From an uncultured virus (IMG/VR IMGVR_UViG_3300018413_000001) (Duplodnaviria > Heunggongvirae > Uroviricota > Caudoviricetes): 64,000 bases of DNA. Of this stretch, positions 9,369 to 18,509 are shown one piece after another. Numbering within the stretch: the first letter of the stretch is position 1; each line of letters starts with the position of its first letter. The stretch lies in IMG/VR virus record IMGVR_UViG_3300018413_000001, one strand, 5' to 3'. A model generated the notes under the pieces. It did not search any database. It worked only from the letters and a program-made list of their open reading frames with translations, and had not been told where the DNA came from. The translations under genes and the position numbers were made by a program.

Positions 9369-9820
9369 AAAAACGTTACCAAAAACAATCCAAGCCTGAG
9401 ATGCCTTCACGTCGGAAACTGGCCTCAGAGCTTGCTGAGCAAAAGCAAAGGGCTGAACAGGCAACCCAACTGGCACGTAACGTAGCCCATTCAACAGACA
9501 TTTTACGTGAGCGTGCTTTTCGCGCTGAAGATGAAAACCAGCGGCTGGTGAAGCAAATTGAAAAGATCACATCAGCAGGAGAGTATATCCGTGTTGTGTC
9601 ATCGCCCAACTACTCTAGCCGGAATGCAATGATGGAAAGTGCTGCTTTTTGCCGTGTTGGCATGCCACGTTTCCATGTTGGTATTGATCTTGAGGTTTGC
9701 GATTTTCAAAGGCATGACCGAGGGCACCATGAATCTCTTATTGAAGCAATCGCTGATCAGATGTCACGGGAAACACGGGCAGTCGTTTTAAAGAATCTGA
9801 GGATTCTTTCAACCACGTAG
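9365..9820 (+). CDS. Hypothetical coiled-coil protein
   Basis: 151-aa ORF with ATGA overlap and heptad-like N-terminal half. Confidence 0.6.
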   Translation: MKKRYQKQSKPEMPSRRKLASELAEQKQRAEQATQLARNVAHSTDILRERAFRAEDENQRLVKQIEKITSAGEYIRVVSSPNYSSRNAMMESAAFCRVGMPRFHVGIDLEVCDFQRHDRGHHESLIEAIADQMSRETRAVVLKNLRILSTT

Positions 9821-11701
9821 CCCATACCCCCAGCCGCCACCATCGCCCAACGTTTCCACGGGCACACGGGGTGCCTTGGCGTTGAGGTCAATGACTGGGA
9901 ACAGCCCGGCGCTTTTGGTGCTCACCGGCCTCTTGGCCGAGGTCTCCGTGCTGCTGAGCCCATGCTTCATACGGGCCATGTGGAATGCGAGGAAAAAACT
10001 GTCCGCTATATCAGGACTTTTCTTAGTTCTTAACTTCATGTCATCCTTGCTCTCGACACGAACCACACCACCGGTCTCCTCATACGTGCGGGCAACCATC
10101 TCGGTTACAATGTCGGGCTGAAGTCCCTTGACCTGCCCTGACCGGACAAATTCTTTGACCACATACCAGAGTTCACTGACCATGTTGCGGAATCGCTTGT
10201 TGCCGGGGCGCGGGTCATTCTTGGACACGGGCTTGTCGGAAGCCTTGCTGGAGAAATTCACGTTCATGGCCCCAGTGCCAAGGTCACGGGCAATCAGTGC
10301 GCCGAAAGGCTCACCGCCCCCGGTGCCGTCAAACGCGAGATCCCGCACGTCCACGCCATGCTCGTCGAGATGCTTCTTGGTGAGCTTCACCACCCATTCA
10401 CTCTTCGAGGTGGATGTGTTGGTCATGTCGAGGTCGAGGATATAGAACTTGACCACCTCAAACACTTTCTGCGTGAGTCCGGTGTCTGGTGATTGAGCCA
10501 GGCCGACTTTGCCAATGGTGAGCACAGCGCGGTCCCCGCCATGGGTGAATGCAGGGTCAAGCCCCGCCACCATCTTGGGCGGTTCCACCCATGTCTTGAC
10601 CTTGGCGTCCGCCCGCCATTTGATGATCTCAACCTCCGAGTAAATAGAGTCCACATTGCCGGTGGCACTCCACCAGCCACGGATCTGGGAATAGTAGATT
10701 GGAGTCTTGGACCCGAGACCGCCGAACTGGTTGATGTTTTCCAGCGTGAGCAGACCTTTCCACCGTTCGTAGCCGAGCAGCACGTTGGGAGATTTTTCAC
10801 CGTCATAGCGCAAACAGTAGCCACGGATGCCGAATGGCTCAATCTCTGTCTCCCACTCGGTGCTGTTTTCATCGACTGTGTGCCACCCTTTGATCGGTTT
10901 GGAGATGACACCGCCAGGAGAATAGTAACTGGTGGGGTTGAACCCGGCCAGCAAGTACAGATCCGCGTTAGCTGACAAGTTGCCGAAGATGGTGTTGACG
11001 AGACTGTGCTCAAGGGTGTCGAACTCATCACCCACCACAATGAAGATGGGGGCCTTGGTGCCTTGGAGCTTGTCTGCGGACTCACGGGCGCTCCCCTTGT
11101 CGCCAGCCACCAGAGTCAGACCACGCAGCTCATGCTTCACTCCTTTGCTCTCGTAGCGGATGGTGTTCTTGGAGTCCATCAGCCTGCCGGGAAGGTTGTC
11201 TTCGCCGCCAAAGAACTTGCACAGGTGCTGCCAGATCAGCTTCACCTTGCCCCACACCTTTTGCTGGGCTGCTGAGATGGTGGTGGATGTGACAATGACC
11301 TTGGTGTTTTCCGGGTCGAGCCAGAACATCATCACACCGATCATTGCTATAATATCAGTTTTTCCCGAGGATTTGTGGCCCGCAAGACTAAGAATCTTTT
11401 TGTCTTTAAAATGTTTAATAACACGAACTGCATTTGGGTTCCATTCAAAATAATAAATTTTGCATGAGCTTTTAGGATCATGAAAAGGATCATTGAAAAT
11501 ACGTTTTACCAGCCGGGCAAAATGTTCTGCCCATGGAAGCATTTTCAGTTCCGGGTGCTCCCTTTTGAACTGGTCATAACGGACCAGCATGTTGCGTTCA
11601 ATGGCCCAGTCTGGGATCGGCACCAGCCGCCCGTTGAGATCTCTGACTGGGTTCCACTTGAGACCGTATTTGGTCACTTTCAGATTGTCGGCGGCACTCA
11701 T
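9809..11701 (-). CDS. terL: Terminase large subunit
   Basis: Walker A-like GHKSSGKT, Walker B IVVGDE, coupling motif GFNP, RNase H-like nuclease GLDPA and KSPDIADS; ATG at 11701 overlaps upstream stop. Confidence 0.9.
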   Translation of the reverse strand: MSAADNLKVTKYGLKWNPVRDLNGRLVPIPDWAIERNMLVRYDQFKREHPELKMLPWAEHFARLVKRIFNDPFHDPKSSCKIYYFEWNPNAVRVIKHFKDKKILSLAGHKSSGKTDIIAMIGVMMFWLDPENTKVIVTSTTISAAQQKVWGKVKLIWQHLCKFFGGEDNLPGRLMDSKNTIRYESKGVKHELRGLTLVAGDKGSARESADKLQGTKAPIFIVVGDEFDTLEHSLVNTIFGNLSANADLYLLAGFNPTSYYSPGGVISKPIKGWHTVDENSTEWETEIEPFGIRGYCLRYDGEKSPNVLLGYERWKGLLTLENINQFGGLGSKTPIYYSQIRGWWSATGNVDSIYSEVEIIKWRADAKVKTWVEPPKMVAGLDPAFTHGGDRAVLTIGKVGLAQSPDTGLTQKVFEVVKFYILDLDMTNTSTSKSEWVVKLTKKHLDEHGVDVRDLAFDGTGGGEPFGALIARDLGTGAMNVNFSSKASDKPVSKNDPRPGNKRFRNMVSELWYVVKEFVRSGQVKGLQPDIVTEMVARTYEETGGVVRVESKDDMKLRTKKSPDIADSFFLAFHMARMKHGLSSTETSAKRPVSTKSAGLFPVIDLNAKAPRVPVETLGDGGGWGYGLRG

Positions 11702-11994
11702 GGGTTTTGCAGGGTTCTTTTTCTCCACCGGGCTGTGCCGGGGCTCACGCCCATCTTGGCGGCAATCGTTTCAATGGGCTCATTCCAGTCCACAGCCTGC
11801 CACTGGGCCAGTGTGGTGTATTGTCTGATGGACCCCCGGCGCTTCCGCAGCCGTTCCTTGGCGGCAAGGCGGTGGGCAATACACATGGGCGAGTTATCAT
11901 TCACGGAGCAGCCACACACAGCACACCGTTTCATGGCGAACTGTTTTTCCTGCCATCGTTGCTGGCGGGACTTGGGTTTCTCTGAAGAAGGCAT
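11698..11994 (-). CDS. Zinc-finger plus HTH protein
   Basis: SRQQRWQ...CAVCG...CIAH, then VDWNEPIETIAAKMGVSPGTARWRKR HTH-like segment. Confidence 0.6.
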   Translation of the reverse strand: MPSSEKPKSRQQRWQEKQFAMKRCAVCGCSVNDNSPMCIAHRLAAKERLRKRRGSIRQYTTLAQWQAVDWNEPIETIAAKMGVSPGTARWRKRTLQNP

Positions 11995-12092
11995 GAAGAT
12001 GTGAAAAAGATAGCTTGACGTTATAATTAATGCAACCAGTTTGCTCTTGTAACCAAGTTGCTAAAGCAAAGCTTTTGCATTAAAACTGCGAA

Positions 12093-14360
12093 ATGGACAA
12101 CAACCCCAATTCCTCCTTAGCGATGGCAAGCTCCATTCCAGATGTTCTGGATGAGGAGGACAACGTGATCGAGCGTGGCCGGATCAAGAACCCGGCTCAA
12201 CTGGCAGGTGCCTACCAGTACCTCTTCACCAGTGATCTCGGCTCCTCACGAGCACGGGCCAAGGTGCAGAGCCAAGTGGACGGAGACCCGCCGTACTCCT
12301 CTGAACAAGACCGCCTGCTCGGGATGGCTGGGCGCACGAATGCCAACTGGGGATATGCTTCACAATCCCAGCAGGACATTGAACGACCTTACAATGAAGT
12401 GTTCGACAGCATTGACGTGTTCGGCACCACCCCGCTGAGAGCAGGCTTCGCGGATGAACTGGCCCGGCAGCAGTGGGCACCCATCATCGCTGAAGAGATC
12501 AGCCGCATGATTCGCAACTGGCCGAAGTTCACCTACAACCGGCTGCTGTGTGTCCACCTTTTCACCATGTTCGGTGTGGCCTTCACCTACCGGGAGGACA
12601 AATACGACTGGCGGTTCAAGGTGACATCCCTTCAGTGGCTCAAGGTTCCCCGGCGCACCGAGGCCACCATTGAAGACCAGGACTTCTTTTGTGCTCGCGT
12701 TTACACGTCCCCGGTCGAACTGATGAAGAAGATCAAGGACCGCAAAGCAGCCGAGCTGGCCGGGTGGAACGTTCAGGCGGTCATGGATGCCATTGAGCAG
12801 ACGGCCCAGCCCACAGCCATTGACACGTCCAACCCTGAGACCTTGCAGGAGACCGTTAAAGATCAGGACTACTTCACCGGGGCGGGAGCCATCACGGTGG
12901 ATCTGGTACATGGCTGGGTCCGTGAGATGGACGGCTCGATTTCGCACGTCATCGGGCGCTACGACGGCAATGGTGAGTTCCTCTACAAGTGTGAGGGCAT
13001 GTACGGCAGCATGAGTGAGTTCGTGACGGCCTACACGGATGGCGTCGGCTCCAATGGTGACTTCTACTCGATCCGTGGTAACGCATGGCGTGGGTTTAAC
13101 TCGTCTCTTTATTTGAACCTGATGACCTGCAAGGCCGTGGACATGGCCAACTGGTCCTCCACACCCCACATCAAGGCCACCGACGAGGATGCGCTCATCG
13201 ACACCCTGATTCGTCCGTCTGGACCATATAATATCATATCGTCTCAGGCCGAGTTCGTGGAAATCAAGCATGTGCCGTTCCAGCAGAACCTGATCCCGAT
13301 GATCCAAGAGATCAAAGGCATCTTTGGCATGCGTTCCCGGCAGGCTGGTGGGTCCAATCGCTACACAGGCGGGGCCACCCCAAGGACCGCCGAGGAAGTG
13401 AAGACGGAAGCCGCGATTGACGGTCAACTGACCACGGCGGGGATGGACCTTTACTTCCTCTCGTGGCTCAACGACTTCAAAGAGATTGTCCGCCGTGTGT
13501 GCAACCGAGAACTGTCTGCATCCCATCCAGGGGGTGCTGAAGCCTTCAAGATGCGCAAGCGGTGCATGGAGCGTGGAGTGCCTATCGAAGCCATCTACAA
13601 TGTGGACATCGACGCCATCGAGATCAACCGGGGGGTCGGCAAGGGGTCCGCCCAAGAGCGCCGGGCTGTGTTCAGCCAGCTCATGCCAAACATCGGCAGC
13701 TACGACCCCAAGGGGCAGCAGATCCTCCTGCGCCAGTACACGGCCTCTCTGGCAGGGATCAGTTTCGCCAACCTGCTTGTGCCACCGGAGCCGGGCACCC
13801 GCCCGCCCGTGGATGTGCAGATCGCCAACATGGAGAATGCTCTCATGTCGGTGGGGCAGCCCGCCGTGCTGGAGCCGAACCAAGATCACACCGTCCATGT
13901 GGCAACCCACTTGTCCAAGCTGGCCGAGATCAATGGTGCTCTGGCCAACGAGCAGATGGAGTTCGCCCCGGCTATCCAGTTGCTCGGCCCCATCTGGCGT
14001 CACGCCATGGAGCACATGGCCTACATCTCCGACAAGAACCCGCTGTACAAGTCGTTCAAAGAGGCGCTGTCACAGATCGAAGAAGTCGTGGTCAACGGCG
14101 AGAAGAAGCTCGCTGCCGAGGCACGCCGGGCACAGGAAAACCCGGAAGCCGCCACTGGCGACTCTGAGGAGACCCCGCTGTCTGTGCTCCGCCAGTCGGT
14201 GGATGCCGGTGCTCGCCTCGATGTCATGGCCAAGCGCCAGCAGTTGCAGTTTGACTCGGAAAAGCAGTCTCTTGAGCTGGCCAAGAAGCAGCAGGATCTC
14301 GCCTATGGGGACGCCAAGAAAGCTCAGGAATTGAACAAAGCAGCTCAGCAAGCAGCATGA
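12093..14360 (+). CDS. Portal protein
   Basis: 755 aa, first gene of head operon ahead of scaffold and capsid; RTAEEV motif and Gln-rich coiled C-terminus as in P22/podovirus-like portals. Confidence 0.75.
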   Translation: MDNNPNSSLAMASSIPDVLDEEDNVIERGRIKNPAQLAGAYQYLFTSDLGSSRARAKVQSQVDGDPPYSSEQDRLLGMAGRTNANWGYASQSQQDIERPYNEVFDSIDVFGTTPLRAGFADELARQQWAPIIAEEISRMIRNWPKFTYNRLLCVHLFTMFGVAFTYREDKYDWRFKVTSLQWLKVPRRTEATIEDQDFFCARVYTSPVELMKKIKDRKAAELAGWNVQAVMDAIEQTAQPTAIDTSNPETLQETVKDQDYFTGAGAITVDLVHGWVREMDGSISHVIGRYDGNGEFLYKCEGMYGSMSEFVTAYTDGVGSNGDFYSIRGNAWRGFNSSLYLNLMTCKAVDMANWSSTPHIKATDEDALIDTLIRPSGPYNIISSQAEFVEIKHVPFQQNLIPMIQEIKGIFGMRSRQAGGSNRYTGGATPRTAEEVKTEAAIDGQLTTAGMDLYFLSWLNDFKEIVRRVCNRELSASHPGGAEAFKMRKRCMERGVPIEAIYNVDIDAIEINRGVGKGSAQERRAVFSQLMPNIGSYDPKGQQILLRQYTASLAGISFANLLVPPEPGTRPPVDVQIANMENALMSVGQPAVLEPNQDHTVHVATHLSKLAEINGALANEQMEFAPAIQLLGPIWRHAMEHMAYISDKNPLYKSFKEALSQIEEVVVNGEKKLAAEARRAQENPEAATGDSEETPLSVLRQSVDAGARLDVMAKRQQLQFDSEKQSLELAKKQQDLAYGDAKKAQELNKAAQQAA

Positions 14361-14364
14361 CATT

Positions 14365-14694
14365 ATGACAGAAGAAGCCCAAGCCTTCAGGCAAAAACCC
14401 GAGTACCGTGACAAACTGGCCGAGCTGTTGAAAGACCCCGTTCTTCAACTGGCCATCGGCATCATCAAAGGGGCGGCAGTCCCGAAACCGCCGAACCAGC
14501 AGGAGGTCTCCGCGCTGGCCGATATTGTGTTTGGTCGCAGGTACATGCTCATGAGCGGAGTGAACCAAGGGTTTGCCGACCTTGAGACGCTGACCAAACC
14601 CATCAAACCGGGAGAGACCGACAACGACCTGCTGGCCCGAGCCTACGAGCACAAGATCCCCGTTGAATTTCGTGAAGAGAAACCAAAATGCTAA
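14365..14694 (+). CDS. Small head-operon protein
   Basis: 109-aa ORF between portal and scaffold. Confidence 0.6.
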   Translation: MTEEAQAFRQKPEYRDKLAELLKDPVLQLAIGIIKGAAVPKPPNQQEVSALADIVFGRRYMLMSGVNQGFADLETLTKPIKPGETDNDLLARAYEHKIPVEFREEKPKC

Positions 14695-15929
14695 ACACCA
14701 TGTACCTGCGCCCCGTCCTCCGTCAAGAAGCCCCATCTGCTGAAGCTGCCCCCGGTGTCACCGATACAGGCGGCGAAGGGGCTGGGGAGTCCAGTTTCTT
14801 CGATCAGATCCGTCAGGCCGACGATCACCCGGCCAACCTTCAAAAGAAGGCCACGGCTGACCCGGCTGCCGCTGAGAAGACCAAGAAGGCTGCTGAGGCA
14901 AAGCCTGCCGCCCAGCCATTGAAGAAGGCTGACAAACTGGACGTCGTCGAAGAGGAGCCGGAAGAACCGGATGCTGACGAAACCACGGGCGAAGAGAAAG
15001 AAGAACTCCCACCCGAAGGCAAGAAAGAAGGCGAAGAAGGCGAGAAGCAGTTGTCTCGTTGGAACCAGCTCCGCAAGGAGGAAAAGCGGGCCAAGGAACT
15101 CGACAAGACCGTCGAGAAAATGACCAAAGAGATGGAGGAACTGCGCAAGAACCCCGTCTCCAAGGAAGTGCAGGCTGAACTGGAGAAACTGCGTCAGTTC
15201 CAGGCGGTTCACGACGTAAAAAACACCAAGGACTACAAGGAGAATGTCACCGCCAAACTGGCCAAGGCGGAGGGCAGCATCACAGAAATCTGTGGTGAGT
15301 TCAAACTGGACCCGGACAAGATGTTCGAGGCCATGCGCGAGACCACCGACTGGAAACGGCAGGTGGCCATCGACAAGCTCATTGATGATGCTGACAATGT
15401 GCCGTCCGCCATCAAGGCGTCCCTTTACAAGCAGGCAGACCAACTGCACGATGCGTGGCTCAAAGGCCACCAGATTGAGACCAATGCCGCGAAGCTCAAA
15501 GCTGCTCAAGATGCCATGTCCCAGCAGGACAGCACCAAGCAGACCTACGAGCAGCAGCAAGCATGGCAGAAGGCCGTGGCAGCCAGCAAGTCGGTGATGG
15601 AGAAGAAGATTGCCCCGATCATCAAGGGCATGTCCGAGGCCGAGCGCAAGGAGTTCATGGACTCACTGGACAATGCGCAGATCAGCGATGACCCCGAGGA
15701 ACGTGCCATGCAGGCCCACGGGCTTGAGGTGGCGGCAGTCGTCACCAAGGCCCTGATTGCCGAGAGAAAGACTGTGGCTGAACTGAAGAAGACCGTGGCG
15801 AGCCTCACGAACGCCCGGCCAGGTGCCAAGCAGGCCAGCAGCACTGAGCATGATGACCCAAACGCGATTGCCGATGATGACGACTTCTTCGCCAAGATCC
15901 GGCAGGCTGATGATTTCCGCCGCCGTTGA
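14688..15929 (+). CDS. Capsid scaffolding protein
   Basis: Acidic, low-complexity then coiled-coil protein directly upstream of the major capsid gene. Confidence 0.7.
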   Translation: MLNTMYLRPVLRQEAPSAEAAPGVTDTGGEGAGESSFFDQIRQADDHPANLQKKATADPAAAEKTKKAAEAKPAAQPLKKADKLDVVEEEPEEPDADETTGEEKEELPPEGKKEGEEGEKQLSRWNQLRKEEKRAKELDKTVEKMTKEMEELRKNPVSKEVQAELEKLRQFQAVHDVKNTKDYKENVTAKLAKAEGSITEICGEFKLDPDKMFEAMRETTDWKRQVAIDKLIDDADNVPSAIKASLYKQADQLHDAWLKGHQIETNAAKLKAAQDAMSQQDSTKQTYEQQQAWQKAVAASKSVMEKKIAPIIKGMSEAERKEFMDSLDNAQISDDPEERAMQAHGLEVAAVVTKALIAERKTVAELKKTVASLTNARPGAKQASSTEHDDPNAIADDDDFFAKIRQADDFRRR

Positions 15930-15957
15930 GCCTGACATTAGATAACCCGTCAACTAT

Positions 15958-15989
15958 AAAACCCACTCTTGCGAAGGAGTGGGTTTTTT
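15958..15989 (+). terminator. Intrinsic terminator after scaffold gene
   Basis: AAAACCCACTCTT-GCGA-AGGAGTGGGTTTTTT hairpin with U tract. Confidence 0.8.
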
Positions 15990-16030
15990 CATATCCTCAC
16001 CTTGAGATTAAATTCCGTGCTTACCGGGTT

Positions 16031-16154
16031 GGCGTGACTCACCAATGAAGAAAGCAATTCGACGAGCTTAAAGGAACCCGCAAGGGTTTGGTCGGCTGCT
16101 CACCGGTCGTGTTAGAGGCTTCTGCACCCGCAGACGCACATCTCTTGTCACGCC
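16031..16154 (+). ncRNA. Candidate structured RNA leader of the capsid gene
   Basis: GGCGTGAC(16031-38)/GTCACGCC(16147-54) closing stem enclosing AACCC-GCAA-GGGTT and TCTGC-ACCC-GCAGA hairpins. Confidence 0.35.
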
Positions 16155-16219
16155 CGAGCAAAGTGCCCTGACCGTGAACGAGAGGTTTCCACACCACCCC
16201 ATTCACATCACCCACCTTT

Positions 16220-17392
16220 ATGGCTACCATCGGTCAAATCTTCGCCTCTGACGCCTCCCGTCTTGAGGGTCAAGTCTATCAGAAAATGCGTGAGACAGGT
16301 CGTGTCTCCATGCTCATGGAAAAGCAAAACTTCCCTGACGGCATCGGCTACAACCCGTCCACAGTCTCCACGCTGCGCTCCGGCATTGCCGGTGGTTCCG
16401 GCTGGACTCGTGTGCAGTCTCCTGACACCCCCGTCAACAACTGTCAGCTCACCCCCGGCGTTGTCACCCCTGCCCGTCTCATCCAGAACTACTACGTCGA
16501 GCAGAACCAGGTCATGTCCTCGGACATCTGTCTTACCGATGGCCGGTTCTCCTACGAGTGGGAAGAACAGGTCACTCAGACCAAGCAGAACTTTGTCGGC
16601 AACATCACCGATCTCTGGGAAGACCGCTCCAAGTATTGGTTCCAGTATTGGGCCAACAAGGTGGTGTTCAACTCTTCGAGCACCATCACCACCGGCACCG
16701 CGTTCACCAACACCCCGGCCACCTACATCGCCAGCCAGAGCCTGCTCTATCGCCTCTACAACCGCATCATGCAGGACGGCGGTGGTGTGAAGCCTTATGC
16801 ATACTCCAACGGTGCAGCCCAGCTCACCCTGATTTGCTCGGCTGAAGCCAGCCAGAACATCATCCAGAACGACGCCAACATTCGTCAGGACATTCGCTTC
16901 GCCCAGATGGGCAAAGACTCCGGTGCCATGCTCCTTCAGAGCTGGGGCATTGACCGTGCCTATGGTGGTTTCATGCACTGCATCGACTACCGCATGCCGC
17001 GCTACAACTTCGTCGGCGGCGAGTACGTGCAGGTGCCTTACTACATCGATGGCCCTTCCTCCATCGGTGGCCCAAGCCAGATCGTCAACCCGGACTACGA
17101 CAGCGCCCTCTACGAGGTCATGTACATCTGGAATCCGAAGGCTGTCATCCGTCAGACTCCGAAGCCGAAGAGTTCCCTCGGTGCCGGTACCAGCTTCAAG
17201 GCTGTCAACTACAACGGTGATGTGATCTGGGCCAACATCCCGAACAAGGAAACCAACCTGTTCCAGTCCATCGGTGTTTACGCTGCTGACCTCATGGCTG
17301 CCTTCAAGCCAACCGTGAACACTCAGTATGCCTTCGCCATCATGGTGCTGCGCTGCCCTGCCACGGTGGGCAACACCTGCCCGTCTTACTAG
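16220..17392 (+). CDS. Major capsid protein
   Basis: 390 aa, strongly biased codon usage, follows scaffold and is followed by a hairpin terminator. Confidence 0.8.
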   Translation: MATIGQIFASDASRLEGQVYQKMRETGRVSMLMEKQNFPDGIGYNPSTVSTLRSGIAGGSGWTRVQSPDTPVNNCQLTPGVVTPARLIQNYYVEQNQVMSSDICLTDGRFSYEWEEQVTQTKQNFVGNITDLWEDRSKYWFQYWANKVVFNSSSTITTGTAFTNTPATYIASQSLLYRLYNRIMQDGGGVKPYAYSNGAAQLTLICSAEASQNIIQNDANIRQDIRFAQMGKDSGAMLLQSWGIDRAYGGFMHCIDYRMPRYNFVGGEYVQVPYYIDGPSSIGGPSQIVNPDYDSALYEVMYIWNPKAVIRQTPKPKSSLGAGTSFKAVNYNGDVIWANIPNKETNLFQSIGVYAADLMAAFKPTVNTQYAFAIMVLRCPATVGNTCPSY

Positions 17393-17408
17393 TCAGATTT
17401 AAACTCAT

Positions 17409-17453
17409 GGCATGCCCGTTTGCAGAATCACCTCTGTGACGGGCATGCCTTTT
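17409..17453 (+). terminator. Terminator-like hairpin after capsid gene
   Basis: GGCATGCCCGT...ACGGGCATGCC 11-bp perfect stem followed by TTTT. Confidence 0.65.
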
Positions 17454-17473
17454 AACCACCCAGACCTTGCATC

Positions 17474-17827
17474 ATGAAAATGAAATTTCCCGAGATGGCT
17501 GAAGAGGAAGAAATCATCGAGGACGAGCCCGAGAGCGTCGAAGAAAAAGCCATGGAAGCGGTCACACCGGGAGCCGAGGCTGCTGAAGCCGCTGCTGCCG
17601 ATGACATGAGCATTGTGCTCCCCGAAGGTTTCCAACCGCCCCAAGGCACCAAGGACGGTGACACTTTCGAGGTCATCACCAAGGCCAAGATCAAAGATGG
17701 CCGTCTGGTGTTTGAGTCATTTGACGGCCAGCCGGTGGGCTCTGAGTCCGAAGACCCGGATGAGAGCGATGCCATGGCTGAAGAAACCCTCCGCCAGGCT
17801 GTCAGGGCTGGTGGTCTCCGAGGATAA
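17474..17827 (+). CDS. Acidic hypothetical protein (head region)
   Basis: 117-aa Glu/Asp-rich ORF. Confidence 0.65.
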   Translation: MKMKFPEMAEEEEIIEDEPESVEEKAMEAVTPGAEAAEAAAADDMSIVLPEGFQPPQGTKDGDTFEVITKAKIKDGRLVFESFDGQPVGSESEDPDESDAMAEETLRQAVRAGGLRG

Positions 17828-17831
17828 TATC

Positions 17832-17963
17832 ATGGTCTCAATCCTGTTCTCACCCGCCGCCATCGCTGCCACAGAAGCCGCTCTTGGCGGCGAACCCATT
17901 GCTGGCGACGACTCCCAAGTGCTCAAGCAGATCCTCATTGTGGCTGCCAACCTGATTTCCTAA
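17832..17963 (+). CDS. 43-aa putative virion protein
   Basis: AGGA upstream; MVSILFS...DDSQVLKQIL shares a motif with the next gene. Confidence 0.6.
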   Translation: MVSILFSPAAIAATEAALGGEPIAGDDSQVLKQILIVAANLIS

Positions 17964-17972
17964 AAGCTTCCC

Positions 17973-18509
17973 ATGTCCCAGATTGCCTCCGATGCCAAGA
18001 TCTTCAGTGCCATGACGGCTCTGGGCATGACTGCTCCTCTGCCGAACCTGGATGACTCACAGGTGCTCAAAGCCATCCTTGTGGCATTGGCAAATGTCGC
18101 GGCTGGTAGCCTGCCCGCTGGAAGCACCATCACTGACGTCATCAACAACATCACCGCCCCCACCGAGTATTCAGTGGGGTATCTTGGTGTTCCTCAAAAC
18201 AGCCAGTCAGCAGACTACACCTTGGTTCTCACAGACTCAGGCAAACAGATTTACCACCCGTCTGCTGACACCACACCACGTGCTTGGACCATACCTGCAA
18301 ATGCCTCAGTGGCATACCCTGTTGGCACGGCCATCACTTTTGTGAATGACACATCAGCAGGTGACATCACAATTGCGGTCGATTCTGACACACTTGTTCT
18401 ATCGGGGGCAGGCACCACGGGGGCACGCACACTCGCCGCCAATGGCATTGCCACTGCTCTTAAGATTACCGCAACCCGCTGGATGATCTCCGGCTCAGGA
18501 TTGACTTAA
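17973..18509 (+). CDS. Putative head/tail fibre or decoration protein
   Basis: GYLGVPQNSQSADYTLVLTDSGK...TIPANASVAYPVGTAI beta-rich domain common in phage fibre proteins. Confidence 0.6.
   Translation: MSQIASDAKIFSAMTALGMTAPLPNLDDSQVLKAILVALANVAAGSLPAGSTITDVINNITAPTEYSVGYLGVPQNSQSADYTLVLTDSGKQIYHPSADTTPRAWTIPANASVAYPVGTAITFVNDTSAGDITIAVDSDTLVLSGAGTTGARTLAANGIATALKITATRWMISGSGLT

Noticed and set aside
12360..14015. 551-aa antisense ORF, and similar long antisense ORFs at 4675-5634, 24513-25709, 27459-28934 and 57021-58418
   Set aside because: Shadows of real GC3-rich genes on the opposite strand, with no recognisable motifs.
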